Shown here in pieces: positions 63,695 through 64,000 of a stretch of DNA of 64,000 nucleotides (positions within the stretch are counted from its first letter, which is position 1; every line of letters starts with the position of its first letter). A model generated the notes under the pieces. The model did no database searches. It had not been told where the DNA came from and saw only the letters and a list, made by a program, of their open reading frames with translations. Position numbers and translations under genes: made by a program. Origin of the DNA: Thermodesulfobacteriota bacterium (GTDB taxonomy: Bacteria; Desulfobacterota; Desulfovibrionia; Desulfovibrionales; Desulfothermaceae); contig JBNJII010000002.1 of assembly GCA_051749205.1 (NCBI GenBank), positions 30,654 to 94,653 on the forward strand, in the 5' to 3' direction.

Positions 63695-64000
63695 TTAATC
63701 GAGCATTTCATTGCACTTTTTACAATAACGCAGCTTGCGTCCGTCATCTGTATATGTAAATCCTATTCGAGTAGGGTGTGTACAAGAATCGCAAATAAGG
63801 GCTACATTAGACATATGCATCGGGGCTTCTATCTCTTGTATACCACCGCTTTTACCGGTATATGGATTTCCTTTCACATGTCTCTTGACTTTATTTACTT
63901 GATCCACGGTCAATCGATCTGTTTTTCGATGAATGGTTTTCACTGAGCCGACCTTTCCGCGATCCTTGCCCACCAACACCATAACTTTGTCTTTTACCCG
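63695..64000 (-). CDS. rplX: 50S ribosomal protein L24 (5' end beyond window edge), with Cys4 C-terminal segment
   Basis: ...VKDKVMVLVGKDRGKVGSVK (KOW motif) continues past 64000. The C-terminus is SNVALICDSCTHPTRIGFTYTDDGRKLRYCKKCNEMLD. Confidence 0.93.
   Translation of the reverse strand, partial: RVKDKVMVLVGKDRGKVGSVKTIHRKTDRLTVDQVNKVKRHVKGNPYTGKSGGIQEIEAPMHMSNVALICDSCTHPTRIGFTYTDDGRKLRYCKKCNEMLD

Noticed and set aside
1-64000. CRISPR arrays, prophage or transposon genes, toxin-antitoxin or restriction-modification/defence gene cassettes
   Set aside because: No regularly spaced direct repeats were seen. No integrase, transposase, phage structural or recognisable defence-system proteins appear among the translated ORFs. 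The repeats found are isolated palindromic modules, not arrays.

Overview
Dense, mostly housekeeping chromosomal segment with about 77 protein genes, most on the minus strand, from a moderately GC-rich bacterium. The gene content suggests an anaerobic Desulfobacterota/deltaproteobacterium (inference): futalosine menaquinone pathway, Sec-containing SelD, FTR-like/glutaredoxin module, PaaK, PilMNOPQ, and Zn-ribbon forms of several ribosomal proteins. Gene order: ribBA-ribE-ribD, dCMP deaminase, fabF-acpP-fabG-fabH-plsX-rpmF-yceD, rpmB, gltX, nfu-FTR-grx, tmk, yhaM-like, surE, thrC, DUF456, paaK, dnaB-rplI-rpsR-rpsF, ppiD, hslUV, sensor adenylate cyclase, pepP-DUF4911, beta-CASP RNase plus cNMP-binding protein, tatD, two hsp20, trm112-like, PHP protein, U32, mqnD, tetR, mqnE-mqnC-mqnA, polyprenyl synthase, mqnB, sugar dehydrogenase, stand-alone IMP cyclohydrolase domain, hflX, hldE domain II, usp, pilMNOPQ, hisC, cmk, selD, lysR, then the alpha/spc ribosomal operons (rplQ to rplX). 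I recognised no rRNA, tRNA, CRISPR array, transposase or integrase by eye. Main points of interest: (1) selD is a TGA-recoded selenoprotein with a SECIS-like hairpin, which the ORF track truncates. (2) hflX has a conserved N-terminal extension with no canonical start codon, only AAGGAG-N6-ATA. (3) At least two families of short dispersed intergenic repeats and palindromes are explained by no gene, including a 30-nt GGA-loop hairpin abutting two start codons and a 25-bp perfect inverted repeat. (4) A sensor adenylate cyclase lies next to a beta-CASP nuclease and an effector-less tandem cNMP-binding protein. (5) The futalosine cluster contains an embedded TetR and an adjacent U32 protein. rpmJ, rpmD and the partial ribBA are absent from the ORF track and were added by hand translation.
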